A DNA stretch of 64,000 nt from a virus (Duplodnaviria > Heunggongvirae > Uroviricota > Caudoviricetes): positions 1-64,000 of the IMG/VR virus record IMGVR_UViG_3300021963_000087. One strand, given 5' to 3'. The translations under genes were made by a program, and so were the position numbers. The first letter of the stretch is position 1, and each line of letters starts with the position of its first letter. Shown piece by piece: positions 29,606 through 38,320 of this stretch. Under the pieces are notes generated by a model. The model was given only the letters and a program-made list of their open reading frames with translations. It had not been told where the DNA came from and searched no databases.

Positions 29606-30298
29606 GTGAAGTCAACAGAAGTTATTTTCTTGGATAAGTATTATGAGTATAGAGATTTTATAGAAGAATGTAAGAGAAAGGAGTATGGTGGTGAATTAGT
29701 ATTACACTTACATCACATACTCCCAAAACATTTAGAAACAGGGTTACCTGATAAAACCAATACAACTTACCTAAGTGTTGATGATCATATAAACGCTCAT
29801 TTACTCTTAGCTAAATGTTTTACTGAAGGTTCTTATGAAAGATTAGCAAATATAAGGTCTGCTAAATTATTATCAAAGAATTCTATAAAAGAGTTGCATT
29901 TATTAGAAGAGTTAAGTAAATTTAGTAAAGGAGTAAATAATCCATTCTTTGGTAAAAAACACACAGAGGATACTAAGGAACTACTTCGCAAAGCTACTAC
30001 GTTGAGTAGAAAGAATGTAAGCTATGAAGAGTTTTACGGAAATAGAGCTGAAGAGGAGAAACAAAAAAGAGCTGTGAAGCAGAAACAAGTTTGGAATAGT
30101 AGATCGAAAAAAGAAAAAGATACTATAAAAGAAAAAATAAAACTGGCTAAGATAAACATGGACGTTTCTGGAGGTAATAATCCAAATTCTAAGGAAGTTT
30201 ACATAGACAGTGTTAAATTTAGTTCAATCTCAGAAGCAAAAAAATATTATAATAAATCAAGATACAAACTTTTTAAAGAACATAAAATAACATACTAA
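29606..30298 (+). CDS. HNH homing endonuclease with NUMOD-like repeats
   Basis: LHLHHILPKH HNH motif and NPFFGKKHTEDTKELLRKA (NUMOD3-like). Confidence 0.65.
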   Translation: MKSTEVIFLDKYYEYRDFIEECKRKEYGGELVLHLHHILPKHLETGLPDKTNTTYLSVDDHINAHLLLAKCFTEGSYERLANIRSAKLLSKNSIKELHLLEELSKFSKGVNNPFFGKKHTEDTKELLRKATTLSRKNVSYEEFYGNRAEEEKQKRAVKQKQVWNSRSKKEKDTIKEKIKLAKINMDVSGGNNPNSKEVYIDSVKFSSISEAKKYYNKSRYKLFKEHKITY

Positions 30299-30555
30299 TG
30301 CCTAGAATACTATACTTCTCTACTCCAACTTGTGGTCCATGTAGAATGTTTAAACCACTTGTTCAACAAGTCTCTGCTGAAACAGGAGTAAGCATTACTT
30401 ACATAGATGCTACCCTAGATCCACACACTGCCCAGCAATTTAACGTGAGTGTGGTTCCTACAATAATTGTAGAGAATAATGGAACCGTGCTTTATAGAAG
30501 TTCCGGTGTAATGCCAAAGCCTCAATTAGCAAACGTGTTGTCACAATTTAAATAA
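30298..30555 (+). CDS. thioredoxin
   Basis: 85 aa with the TCGPC active site. Confidence 0.75.
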   Translation: MPRILYFSTPTCGPCRMFKPLVQQVSAETGVSITYIDATLDPHTAQQFNVSVVPTIIVENNGTVLYRSSGVMPKPQLANVLSQFK

Positions 30556-30585
30556 AGGATTAATTAACCAAAAAACAAACGAAGA

Positions 30586-30765
30586 ATGAAAAAAGCAATC
30601 GCAATTTTCGCTATCGCTGCTTTGACTGCTTGTGGTTCTAACAACGCAGTAGTAGTGAATGCAGATTCTACAGCAGTTGCAGCAGTAACAGACACTACTG
30701 TTAAAGCTGATTCTACAGTTGCTCCTGTTGAAGCAAAGAAGGATGCAGTAGAAGCTGTTAAGTAA
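30586..30765 (+). CDS. small lipoprotein
   Basis: 59 aa, lipobox LTACGS; below the ORF-track cutoff. Confidence 0.3.
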   Translation: MKKAIAIFAIAALTACGSNNAVVVNADSTAVAAVTDTTVKADSTVAPVEAKKDAVEAVK

Positions 30766-30794
30766 AGACAAAGGCGTCGGGGTGTCTGGCCTGC

Positions 30795-30822
30795 AAAGAC
30801 TACGCAGTAGAAAGGTCTTTTT
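30795..30822 (+). terminator. candidate terminator
   Basis: aaagac...gtcttt stem followed by a T-run; the loop is long. Confidence 0.3.
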
Positions 30823-30859
30823 AAATTTGTATATATTTATACTTAGTTCTTTAAAATAT

Positions 30860-31244
30860 GGGGATGCCTGGAATTGATCCAGATGAGATGGGTAGTATCG
30901 CATGCAAGAGCTGGTAGAGCTCAAACAATCTATCGAACAACAAACGACGAAATGTCAACTATGACCTTCGAAGACTTAATGTCTTTCGTAGGCGCGAATG
31001 AGTACGCAGTAGCGGCTTAATTAGCAACGGGTCGGTGCACATATAACCTAGGAACAGAAGTGTTTACAAAGTGATAACACCACCTTAAAAGTGTTAAATG
31101 TTTTCTTTGTTATGTCAAAACAAAGTGGTGGATCTTGGTACTTAATCGTACGGCCCTTTACTGATCAGGTAAAACAGATCTAAGCATGTAAGAATGGTAT
31201 TATTTATACTTCTGGAGACAGGGGTTCGATTCCCCTCATCTCCA
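30860..31244 (+). ncRNA. ssrA: tmRNA (SsrA), full length; tag ends ...GANEYAVAA-stop
   Basis: 5' GGGGAUG pairs with 3' CAUCUCC including the G3-U70 wobble. T-arm is agggg-ttcgatt-cccct. Internal tag ORF reads ggc gcg aat gag tac gca gta gcg gct taa. Confidence 0.75.
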
Positions 31245-31291
31245 CTGGGTGCCTTTTTGTATCTTTTAACTATTTATAGTAAAGGTATAAA

Positions 31292-31933
31292 ATGGCAAAG
31301 CAAACATATGGTACTAGAAAGAAGTATCACTACATCTACAAAACAACTAATTTACTTAGTGGTAGGTATTACGTAGGGATGCATTCTACGGATGATTTAA
31401 ACGATGGCTATATGGGATCGGGTAAACGTCTGAAAGCTTCTATTAAAAAGCATGGAATTGAGAATCATAAATTTGAAATTCTAGAATTTTTTAATTCAAG
31501 AAAAGAGCTCGCTTTAAGAGAAGGACAATTAGTGACGATGAAAGAAGTTGCTAGTAAAGAGTGCATGAATCTTAAAGTCGGTGGTATTGGTGGATTTCCT
31601 CCAAGCGCTAAAAAAATCTTTATGGAGAAGATGAAAGATTTTGACTTCAAGAAAGTATTTGGCGAAAAATGCTCAGAGCGCAATAAAAAACTTTACGAAA
31701 GTGGAGTTTATAAAAATTTTAAGTATGATTGGACGGGTAAAAAGCACAGACCTGAATCTATTCAGAAAATGAAAGATACTAAGAAAGGTCAAGGTAAAGG
31801 AGAGATAAATTCTCAATTCGGTACTTTTTGGATTACAGACGGTAAAACAAATAAAAAAACAACTTCTAAAATACCAGAAGGATGGTATAGAGGAAGAGTT
31901 CTTAAAAATACAAATAACTGTGTGACCGAATAA
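31292..31933 (+). CDS. GIY-YIG homing endonuclease
   Basis: YIYKTTNLLSGRYYVGMHS...DGYMGSG; the GIY-YIG motifs are intact. Confidence 0.85.
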   Translation: MAKQTYGTRKKYHYIYKTTNLLSGRYYVGMHSTDDLNDGYMGSGKRLKASIKKHGIENHKFEILEFFNSRKELALREGQLVTMKEVASKECMNLKVGGIGGFPPSAKKIFMEKMKDFDFKKVFGEKCSERNKKLYESGVYKNFKYDWTGKKHRPESIQKMKDTKKGQGKGEINSQFGTFWITDGKTNKKTTSKIPEGWYRGRVLKNTNNCVTE

Positions 31934-32237
31934 ACTCTTGAGAGGGGTTAAGGTACTGCTGAGTTAGCTGAAAAGCTAAGGAGGTGGGTTTCACAGACGG
32001 ATGAGTTAAAACCACCATCGTTCTGCGTCGGCTAACGTAATGAACGCTCTGGATACGCTTAAGATCAACATTAACTGATCTCTGCAAGCGTTGCTGGTAG
32101 CCAAACCAGCCTGTTATTAACAAATGAGGACGACCATCAGGGTTATCCAAGCGCAAACATTTGGACAGTGGGTGAAAAGGGGTCCGTCCTTGGATTGTGG
32201 GTAATCAGTACTCCCACTTCAGTTATTATTTTATTAC

Positions 32238-32309
32238 CGCAAGATAGAGCAGAGGTAGCTCACTAGGCTCATAACCTAGGGGTCGAAGGTTCGAATCCTT
32301 CTCTTGCAA
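32238..32309 (+). tRNA. tRNA-Met (CAT), initiator-like
   Basis: C1-A72 mismatch, D-arm gagc-agaggta-gctc identical to E. coli tRNA-fMet, anticodon loop ctCATaa, T-loop ttcgaat, 3' GCAAC. Confidence 0.75.
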
Positions 32310-32316
32310 CAAATAT

Positions 32317-32448
32317 GCCAGAGTGGCGGAATAAACAATGCATTGCTATACACGCGTTAAAGCACTAATGCATTGAGACGTGCCCTAATCCGGAGTGGTG
32401 CAGTGACCGAAAAGGACTGCGTGAAGGTAACCAACCCTTCCTCTGGCA
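32317..32448 (+). ncRNA. tRNA-like structured RNA (132 nt; paired termini, tRNA-Leu-like 5' end, no canonical cloverleaf)
   Basis: 5' gccagag pairs with 3' ctctggc, followed by a-cc. An internal 10-bp hairpin is built from the palindrome caatgcattg, and a second hairpin is gcagt-(11 nt)-actgc. Confidence 0.35.
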
Positions 32449-32462
32449 CCTTAATATAACGA

Positions 32463-32547
32463 AGCCTTGGTGTTGGAACTGGTAGACAAGTCAGACTTAA
32501 AATCTGGTTCGCTGAAAGCGAGTGCGGGTTCGATTCCCGCCTGAGGC
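32463..32547 (+). tRNA. tRNA-Leu (TAA)
   Basis: Class II tRNA. D-arm ttggaactggtagacaa, anticodon loop ctTAAaa, long variable arm, T-arm gcggg-ttcgatt-cccgc. Confidence 0.8.
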
Positions 32548-32571
32548 ACGGGCAGTATTATGTGTATTACT

Positions 32572-32656
32572 TGGAAAGATGGCAGAGTGGTTGAATGCAC
32601 CGGTCTTGAAAACCGGCAACTGTAAAAGGTTCTGGGGTTCGAATCCCTGTCTTTCC
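32572..32656 (+). tRNA. tRNA-Ser (TGA)
   Basis: Acceptor ggaaaga/tctttcc, anticodon stem ccggt/accgg with loop ctTGAaa, long variable arm, T-loop ttcgaat. Confidence 0.8.
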
Positions 32657-32767
32657 GCAAGATGTCTATCCCCCTTCCCAACGAACAGGGCGCTTAGGGT
32701 AGGCCTTTTACCAAAGTGGATAAAACGTGTAGTAACCACAGGGATGCTAGCTCCCACTACACTCTTC

Positions 32768-32838
32768 TGCCCTTTAGTATAACGGTAGTACGGCAGTTTT
32801 TGGTACTGCTTGTTGAGGTTCGAATCCTTGAGGGGCAA
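32768..32838 (+). tRNA. tRNA-Gln (TTG)
   Basis: U1-A72 as in E. coli tRNA-Gln, U8 A9, anticodon stem gcagt/actgc with loop ttTTGgt, T-arm tgagg-ttcgaat-ccttg. Confidence 0.7.
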
Positions 32839-32851
32839 CAAAATAAAAGTT

Positions 32852-33148
32852 ATGATGGTTTATTTTTTAGTTTTTATGTTTCAATTTTTCTTTAACATCT
32901 TCAAGACGTTAGAGATTAAGTATACCTACGAGCATAAAGTAAATGCACTATTAGTAAACTCAGTTTGGATTAATGTAGTCTCATTAGGATCAACTTACTT
33001 TGCATTGGATAGATTGTTGGCAGGTGAGTGGTCTGTAATAGTTTTCTACATAGCAGGTAGCGTGGTAGGTAAGTGGTTTGCGATGACAAAAGTTAGTACC
33101 TACAAAAGAAAAATAAGACGTTTGTATTTAAAATTAAAAAGAAAATAG
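32852..33148 (+). CDS. small membrane protein
   Basis: Start placed after tRNA-Gln (the track ORF 32810 overlaps the tRNA). Three hydrophobic helices. Confidence 0.4.
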   Translation: MMVYFLVFMFQFFFNIFKTLEIKYTYEHKVNALLVNSVWINVVSLGSTYFALDRLLAGEWSVIVFYIAGSVVGKWFAMTKVSTYKRKIRRLYLKLKRK

Positions 33149-33149
33149 T

Positions 33150-33389
33150 ATGTTTATAACTTATTACATTATTTGTATTATTTACTGCTTCTATCAACTA
33201 TTCAAGAAGTACAGCCAAAGGTATAGCAATAACGCAACAGGAAACTCTCCAGAGTTGGATAGCGTAATGGTGTTAGTTATGGCTTGGGTATTAGCTCCAG
33301 TTGATGTATGTTTAACTTGGATCCGTTGGTATAAAGAAGCTGAAGCAGCTAAGAATGCAAGAAAGCGACACACCGATAGATGGATTTAA
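33150..33389 (+). CDS. small membrane protein
   Basis: Hydrophobic N-terminus. Confidence 0.35.
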   Translation: MFITYYIICIIYCFYQLFKKYSQRYSNNATGNSPELDSVMVLVMAWVLAPVDVCLTWIRWYKEAEAAKNARKRHTDRWI

Positions 33390-33392
33390 TAA

Positions 33393-33544
33393 TGTAGGGT
33401 GGTGAAAACATTTGGCAGACATACCCTCTCGTCTCGAGGGTGCAGAGAACGAAATAGAAAAGTAGTATGGGGTTGACCACCAGCTTGCAAGCATTGTGCT
33501 ACTTCTCGAATCGCTGCGTGGAGGTTCGAATCCTTCCCCTACAG
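33393..33544 (+). ncRNA. tRNA-like structured RNA (152 nt; paired termini plus canonical T-arm)
   Basis: 5' tgtaggg pairs with 3' ccctaca followed by g. T-arm ggagg-ttcgaat-ccttc resembles tRNA-Tyr/Gln, but the ~65 extra internal nt preclude a standard tRNA. Confidence 0.3.
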
Positions 33545-33557
33545 CAAATTTTAATTT

Positions 33558-33794
33558 ATGCAACAACAACCAAGCATTCCGTTTGAAAAGACTTTACCGA
33601 TTGTCTGCGACAAGTGTGGTAATGATCGATTCACGTCTACTTTTCTTCTTCGAAGAGTAAGCAAGTTCTTAACAGCAGCCCCACAGGATTCTATTACACC
33701 TGCACTTCCAACATTTGCTTGTGCAAGCTGTGGACACATTAATGAAGAATTTGATATACAAATAAAAGGAGAAGGTAACGATGACGAAGAATAG
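33558..33794 (+). CDS. zinc-ribbon protein
   Basis: CDKCGN...CASCGH. Confidence 0.4.
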   Translation: MQQQPSIPFEKTLPIVCDKCGNDRFTSTFLLRRVSKFLTAAPQDSITPALPTFACASCGHINEEFDIQIKGEGNDDEE

Positions 33795-34041
33795 AGATTT
33801 AGGTACAAATATCATATACGATAGTACCAATACAAGACAAGTTTTGAAGACTGATTCAGTAGTAGATTCTATTATCGATCAGTTTATTGATAGAGCTCGA
33901 TTTGGAAAAGTGAAATACAATACTGATCTTGATAGAGATGACCTCTCAGTCCCACAATGGATTGAACACGCTCAACAGGAGTTGATGGATGGTATCTTAT
34001 ATTTAGAAAAGTTAAAGAAGATATTAGGTGGAAGAAAATAA
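33781..34041 (+). CDS. hypothetical protein
   Basis: ORF in array. Confidence 0.35.
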   Translation: MTKNRDLGTNIIYDSTNTRQVLKTDSVVDSIIDQFIDRARFGKVKYNTDLDRDDLSVPQWIEHAQQELMDGILYLEKLKKILGGRK

Positions 34042-34897
34042 AACCGTTTCGTATTCTCAGTATTCAGTTTACAAACAATGTCAGCACAGATGGTATTTAG
34101 ATTATGTTAAAAAGCTACAGCCTTTTAAGCCTTCTATCCATTTGATATTTGGTACAGCATTTCATGAAACTGTACAGAACTACTTACAAATAATGTATGA
34201 TAAGTCAGCAGAAGATGCTGACAAGATACATCTTCCCACCTACTTCAAGACTAAGCTCATAGAGTTATACCAACAAAACTCTACAGAAGGACACTTCTCT
34301 ACCCCAGCAGAGCTTAATGAATTCTTTGAAGATGCGTTAGCCATCTTAGATTTCTTTAAACGAAAAAGAAAGATTTACTTTAGTAAAAAGAATACCAAGT
34401 TAATTGGTATAGAGATTCCTATCTTACAACCTATTGTAGAAGGGCTAGAGAACGTCAAATTTAAAGGATTTATTGATTTGGTGATCTATGATAAGGCTTT
34501 AGACAAGTACATAATTTACGACTTTAAAACTTCAACTAGAGGGTGGTCAGATTATGAGAAGAAAGATGAGACAAAGCTTAGCCAGATACTTCTATACAAA
34601 AGGATGTTCTCACAACTGAAGAATGTTCCTGAAGATAAGATTGATGTAGAGTTTTTTATTGTACGTAGAAAGATTAATGAGAACTTAGAATATGCTCCTA
34701 AAAGGATACAGCAGTTTATTCCGGCTAACGGATCTAAGAAAGTAGAGAGTGCTGTGCAAGGAGTTAAGGATTTCATAGCAAACGTATTCACAGCAGAAGG
34801 TGCTTACCAAGATAAGTACTATCCAAAGGATAGCAACAAGTGTAGGTTCTGTCCATATGCAGACAGGCCAGATCTTTGTGATAAAAAAAATCCCTAA
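34028..34897 (+). CDS. PD-(D/E)XK nuclease with Cys cluster (Cas4/RecB-exonuclease-like)
   Basis: GFIDLVIYD...IYDFKTS (D...D-x-K). N-terminal CQHRWY plus C-terminal CRFCPYADRPDLC resemble a Cas4-type Fe-S cluster. Confidence 0.55.
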   Translation: MEENKTVSYSQYSVYKQCQHRWYLDYVKKLQPFKPSIHLIFGTAFHETVQNYLQIMYDKSAEDADKIHLPTYFKTKLIELYQQNSTEGHFSTPAELNEFFEDALAILDFFKRKRKIYFSKKNTKLIGIEIPILQPIVEGLENVKFKGFIDLVIYDKALDKYIIYDFKTSTRGWSDYEKKDETKLSQILLYKRMFSQLKNVPEDKIDVEFFIVRRKINENLEYAPKRIQQFIPANGSKKVESAVQGVKDFIANVFTAEGAYQDKYYPKDSNKCRFCPYADRPDLCDKKNP

Positions 34898-34947
34898 ACA
34901 TATATAGGTATATACAAATCTAGACTATTTATTAGAAATTATTAATT

Positions 34948-35151
34948 ATGAAAGTAGGTAAAAAAGACGACATACTTACCACTGTAAGATTAAAAGAGAA
35001 GTTATTTGAAGATTTCAAGCAAGTTAGTATCTTAAATAAGATCACTATGAGAAACCTCTTAGAAAGATCTATGTACTTGTACATGACAGATGCTGAGTTT
35101 AAGAGAAACATTAACAATCAACTTAACACTTATTACACAGGAAGTATTTAA
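34948..35151 (+). CDS. hypothetical protein
   Basis: ORF in array. Confidence 0.35.
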   Translation: MKVGKKDDILTTVRLKEKLFEDFKQVSILNKITMRNLLERSMYLYMTDAEFKRNINNQLNTYYTGSI

Positions 35152-35165
35152 ATTAAATTAGTTAC

Positions 35166-36596
35166 ATGAAAGAAGGTTACATTCCACAGGCAGATAGAAA
35201 GAAGATTCTATTACTCTGCGATGATATTAGATTTACATCTGGTATCTCAACAATGGCTAAAGAGATTGTCATTGGTACATCACATCGTTTTAATTGGGTA
35301 AACTTAGGAGCAGCTATCACTCATCCTGATCAAGGTAAGAGATTTGATGTTTGCCAAGATACAAACCAAATAGCAGGTATTACCGATTCATCGGTATTCA
35401 TTATACCTACCTCAGGTTATGGTAATCCAGACTTGCTACGTCAAGTAATTGAAATGGAGAAGCCTGATGCATTAATGTTCTTTACCGATCCGAGATATTG
35501 GATTTGGTTATTCCAAATGGAGAACGAGATTAGAAAGAAGATCCCAATGATTTATTTAAACATTTGGGATGACTTACCAGCACCTTTATACAATGAACCA
35601 TACTACGAGTCTTGTGACACATTGTTAGCTATTTCAAAGCAAACTGCTAACATTAATAGATTGGTACTTGGAGATAAGGCTAAGGATAAGATTATTAAGT
35701 ATGTACCTCATGGTATTAACGAGAAAGTATTCTTCCCATTACCTAAAGACACACCTGAGATACAAGCAATGAGAAAGTTATACTTCGGAGATGATCAACC
35801 TGAGTTTGTTTTATTCTACAATGCTAGAAACATTAGACGTAAGTGTACTTCAGATCTTATCTTAGCGTATGCTCAGTTCTGTGATAAGATTGGTAAAGAG
35901 AAAGCTAAAAAATGTGCTTTGCTTTTACATACTCAAAGAGCAGATGAGAATGGTACTGACTTACCAGCTGTTATAGATTTATTCTGTGACCCTGAGTATC
36001 AAAGAGTTGTATTCTCTGAGTACAGATATTCTCCACATCAAATGAATCATTTATACAACTGTGCAGATGCTGTTACTTTAGTTTCTTCTAATGAAGGCTG
36101 GGGCTTATCTTTGACAGAAGGTATGATGACTGGTAAGATGATTATTGGAAACGTAACAGGAGGTATGCAGGATCAAATGAGATTTGAAGATGAGAATGGT
36201 AAGTGGATTGATTTTGATGAGAAGTTCTGTAGCAATCACTTTGGTACTTACAAAAAGCATGGAGAGTGGGCAGTACCTGTGTATCCTTCTAATTTGTCAA
36301 TTGTTGGTTCTATTCCTACTCCATACATTTTTGATGACAGAGCAGACTTTAGAGATATTGCAAAAGCAATTGAGGAAGTTTATAACTTAGGTCCTGAAGA
36401 AAGAGAAAGAAGAGGTTTGAAAGGAAGAGAGTGGGCTACTTCAGAAGAGTCAATGCAAAGTGCTAGTTCAATGTCTAAGAATATTATTGATGGTGTTGAA
36501 GAAACATTTGCTAAGTGGAAGCCGAGAAAGAAACATCAACTTATCAAAGTGAAGAAGCTACCACGTAAAAAGGCAGCACACTCGTTGGTATATTAA
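35166..36596 (+). CDS. glycosyltransferase, GT4-like (GT-B fold)
   Basis: SSNEGWGLSLTEGMMTGKMIIG (E-x7-E motif). Confidence 0.65.
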   Translation: MKEGYIPQADRKKILLLCDDIRFTSGISTMAKEIVIGTSHRFNWVNLGAAITHPDQGKRFDVCQDTNQIAGITDSSVFIIPTSGYGNPDLLRQVIEMEKPDALMFFTDPRYWIWLFQMENEIRKKIPMIYLNIWDDLPAPLYNEPYYESCDTLLAISKQTANINRLVLGDKAKDKIIKYVPHGINEKVFFPLPKDTPEIQAMRKLYFGDDQPEFVLFYNARNIRRKCTSDLILAYAQFCDKIGKEKAKKCALLLHTQRADENGTDLPAVIDLFCDPEYQRVVFSEYRYSPHQMNHLYNCADAVTLVSSNEGWGLSLTEGMMTGKMIIGNVTGGMQDQMRFEDENGKWIDFDEKFCSNHFGTYKKHGEWAVPVYPSNLSIVGSIPTPYIFDDRADFRDIAKAIEEVYNLGPEERERRGLKGREWATSEESMQSASSMSKNIIDGVEETFAKWKPRKKHQLIKVKKLPRKKAAHSLVY

Positions 36597-36620
36597 TAAA
36601 TAAAGTTTATATTTTAAAAC

Positions 36621-37895
36621 ATGAAACAATACTGCGTTATATCAGCACCTCCAGACACATATAGTGGTTATGGTGCAAGATCAAGAGATTTTATAAAAGC
36701 TATCTATGAGCTTAAAAAGGATGAGTGGGATATTCAAATCATACCGCAGAGATGGGGTAACACTTCTTGGGGTTTCTTAGAAGATAATAAAGAGGAGTGG
36801 GGTTGGATGATTCCATTATTGTTGAAGAGTCCTATGACAAGACAACCTGATGTATGGTTTCAAATCACAGTACCTAGTGAGTTCCAACCAGTGGGTAAGA
36901 TTAATATAGGAGTTACAGCAGGTATTGAAACTACAGTATGTGATTCTAGTTGGATCGAAGGTTGTAATAGAATGAATGCAATATTTGTATCATCCGTACA
37001 TGCTAGAACAGTATTACAAACTACAGCCTTTACTAAGAAGGATGATCCTAACTTTCAAATCAAATTAACTAAGCCTGTTGAAGTTCTATTCGAAGGAGTA
37101 GATCTAAACAAGTACTTCCATATTCCAGATGATGAGTTACCTGAAACAGATCTAGTATTAGACTTAGATGAGATTGAAGAAGACTTTTGTTTTCTATATG
37201 TAGGACACTGGTTGCAAGGAGACTTAGGAGAGGATAGAAAGAACACAGGTAAGCTAGTTCAGGTTTTCTTAGAAACCTTTAAAGGAAAGAAAAAGAAACC
37301 TGCTTTAATTATGAAGACTTCTAGTGCAACATCTTGTATTATGGATAGAGATGAAATGCTTAGAAAGATTAACATTCTTAAAGAAGCTGTGGGTGGTGAT
37401 ATACCAAACATTTACTTACTACATGGTGATATGGATGATGAAGATATGAACTGTCTCTATAACCATCCTAAAGTAAAAGCCTTTGTATCATTTACAAAAG
37501 GTGAAGGATATGGAAGACCTTTAGCAGAGTTCTGCTTATCCAAGAAGCCAATGATAACTACAGCATGGTCAGGTCATATAGATTTCTTAAGTAAAGAGTT
37601 CAGTGTACTATTACCAGGAAAGCTTACAGAGACTCATCCATCAGCTCATTCTAATACTTTAATACTTCCAGGTGCATCTTGGTTTACAGTAGACTACGGA
37701 GCAGCAACAAAAGCATTGGAAGATGTTTATAGTAACTATAAGAAGTATGAAGAGATGGGTAAGCGTCAAGGACATAAGATCAAGACTGAGTTTAGCTACG
37801 ACAACATGGTATTATTCTTATCAGCTTATTTAGCTAAGTATGTTCCTAAGCAAGTAGAATTAAAATTACCTCAACTAAAGAAAATATCTATATAA
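36621..37895 (+). CDS. glycosyltransferase (GT-B fold, GT4-like)
   Basis: SFTKGEGYGRPLAEFCLSKKPMITT. Confidence 0.5.
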   Translation: MKQYCVISAPPDTYSGYGARSRDFIKAIYELKKDEWDIQIIPQRWGNTSWGFLEDNKEEWGWMIPLLLKSPMTRQPDVWFQITVPSEFQPVGKINIGVTAGIETTVCDSSWIEGCNRMNAIFVSSVHARTVLQTTAFTKKDDPNFQIKLTKPVEVLFEGVDLNKYFHIPDDELPETDLVLDLDEIEEDFCFLYVGHWLQGDLGEDRKNTGKLVQVFLETFKGKKKKPALIMKTSSATSCIMDRDEMLRKINILKEAVGGDIPNIYLLHGDMDDEDMNCLYNHPKVKAFVSFTKGEGYGRPLAEFCLSKKPMITTAWSGHIDFLSKEFSVLLPGKLTETHPSAHSNTLILPGASWFTVDYGAATKALEDVYSNYKKYEEMGKRQGHKIKTEFSYDNMVLFLSAYLAKYVPKQVELKLPQLKKISI

Positions 37896-38320
37896 TGACT
37901 AGTCAAGAATTTGTAATATGGTTAAAAGGATTCACTGAAGGTGTGCATGATTTTAACGTTACACCTAAGCAGTGGGATATAATGAAAGATAGATTAGCAG
38001 AAGTATCAGACGATAAGTTTGCAGAAACACCAGGTATGTTTCAAGATCACACTGTACAATCTTATCCTCCGTATTGGAGTCCACATAGTCCCTTTTACAC
38101 AACAAGTGGTACTAGTGGCTCAATAGATACAAGGAGTATAGTTTCTCAATGGACAACAACTCCAAACAACATTACCTACACAGTAACCTCAGGCTCTTCC
38201 TATATTGGAGCAGGCAGCACTTATACTCATACTTATCCTAACGGAACTACTGTGAGCTATACAGCAGGTGGAACAGATGATAATTGGAATATAAAAAATA
38301 AAGACTTACTACATGATTAA
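37895..38320 (+). CDS. hypothetical protein (Thr/Ser/Tyr-rich C-terminus)
   Basis: ORF in array. Confidence 0.35.
   Translation: MTSQEFVIWLKGFTEGVHDFNVTPKQWDIMKDRLAEVSDDKFAETPGMFQDHTVQSYPPYWSPHSPFYTTSGTSGSIDTRSIVSQWTTTPNNITYTVTSGSSYIGAGSTYTHTYPNGTTVSYTAGGTDDNWNIKNKDLLHD

Noticed and set aside
31245-32237. Group I intron carrying the GIY-YIG ORF
   Set aside because: Only 48 nt separate the tmRNA 3' end from the ORF start, too little for P1-P6. I could not recognise P7/P9 core motifs downstream and no interrupted exon is evident. The downstream spacer is kept only as a structured-RNA candidate.
30860-32840. Prophage integrated at a host tmRNA/tRNA gene (att site)
   Set aside because: The tmRNA is full length rather than a 3' fragment. 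Phage-type genes (HNH, thioredoxin upstream; GIY-YIG, glycan genes downstream) continue on both sides in the same orientation. I found no flanking direct repeats.
32451-32841. - strand ORFs 32451-32681 and 32497-32841, and + ORF 32522-32782
   Set aside because: They lie entirely over the tRNA-Leu/Ser/Gln genes and structured RNA and are spurious. The G+C-rich RNA genes simply lack stop codons.
33312-33808. - strand ORFs 33312-33569 and 33551-33808
   Set aside because: They overlap the tRNA-like element and the + strand zinc-ribbon ORF, and there is no supporting signal.
36184-36390. Short + strand internal ORFs nested in other frames of larger genes (6058-6249, 15916-16110, 27577-27834, 28500-28930, 36184-36390, 40604-40792, 52224-52406, 31194-31376)
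   Set aside because: They are out-of-frame overlaps inside confidently called genes or the tmRNA, and are low-complexity or hydrophobic junk.
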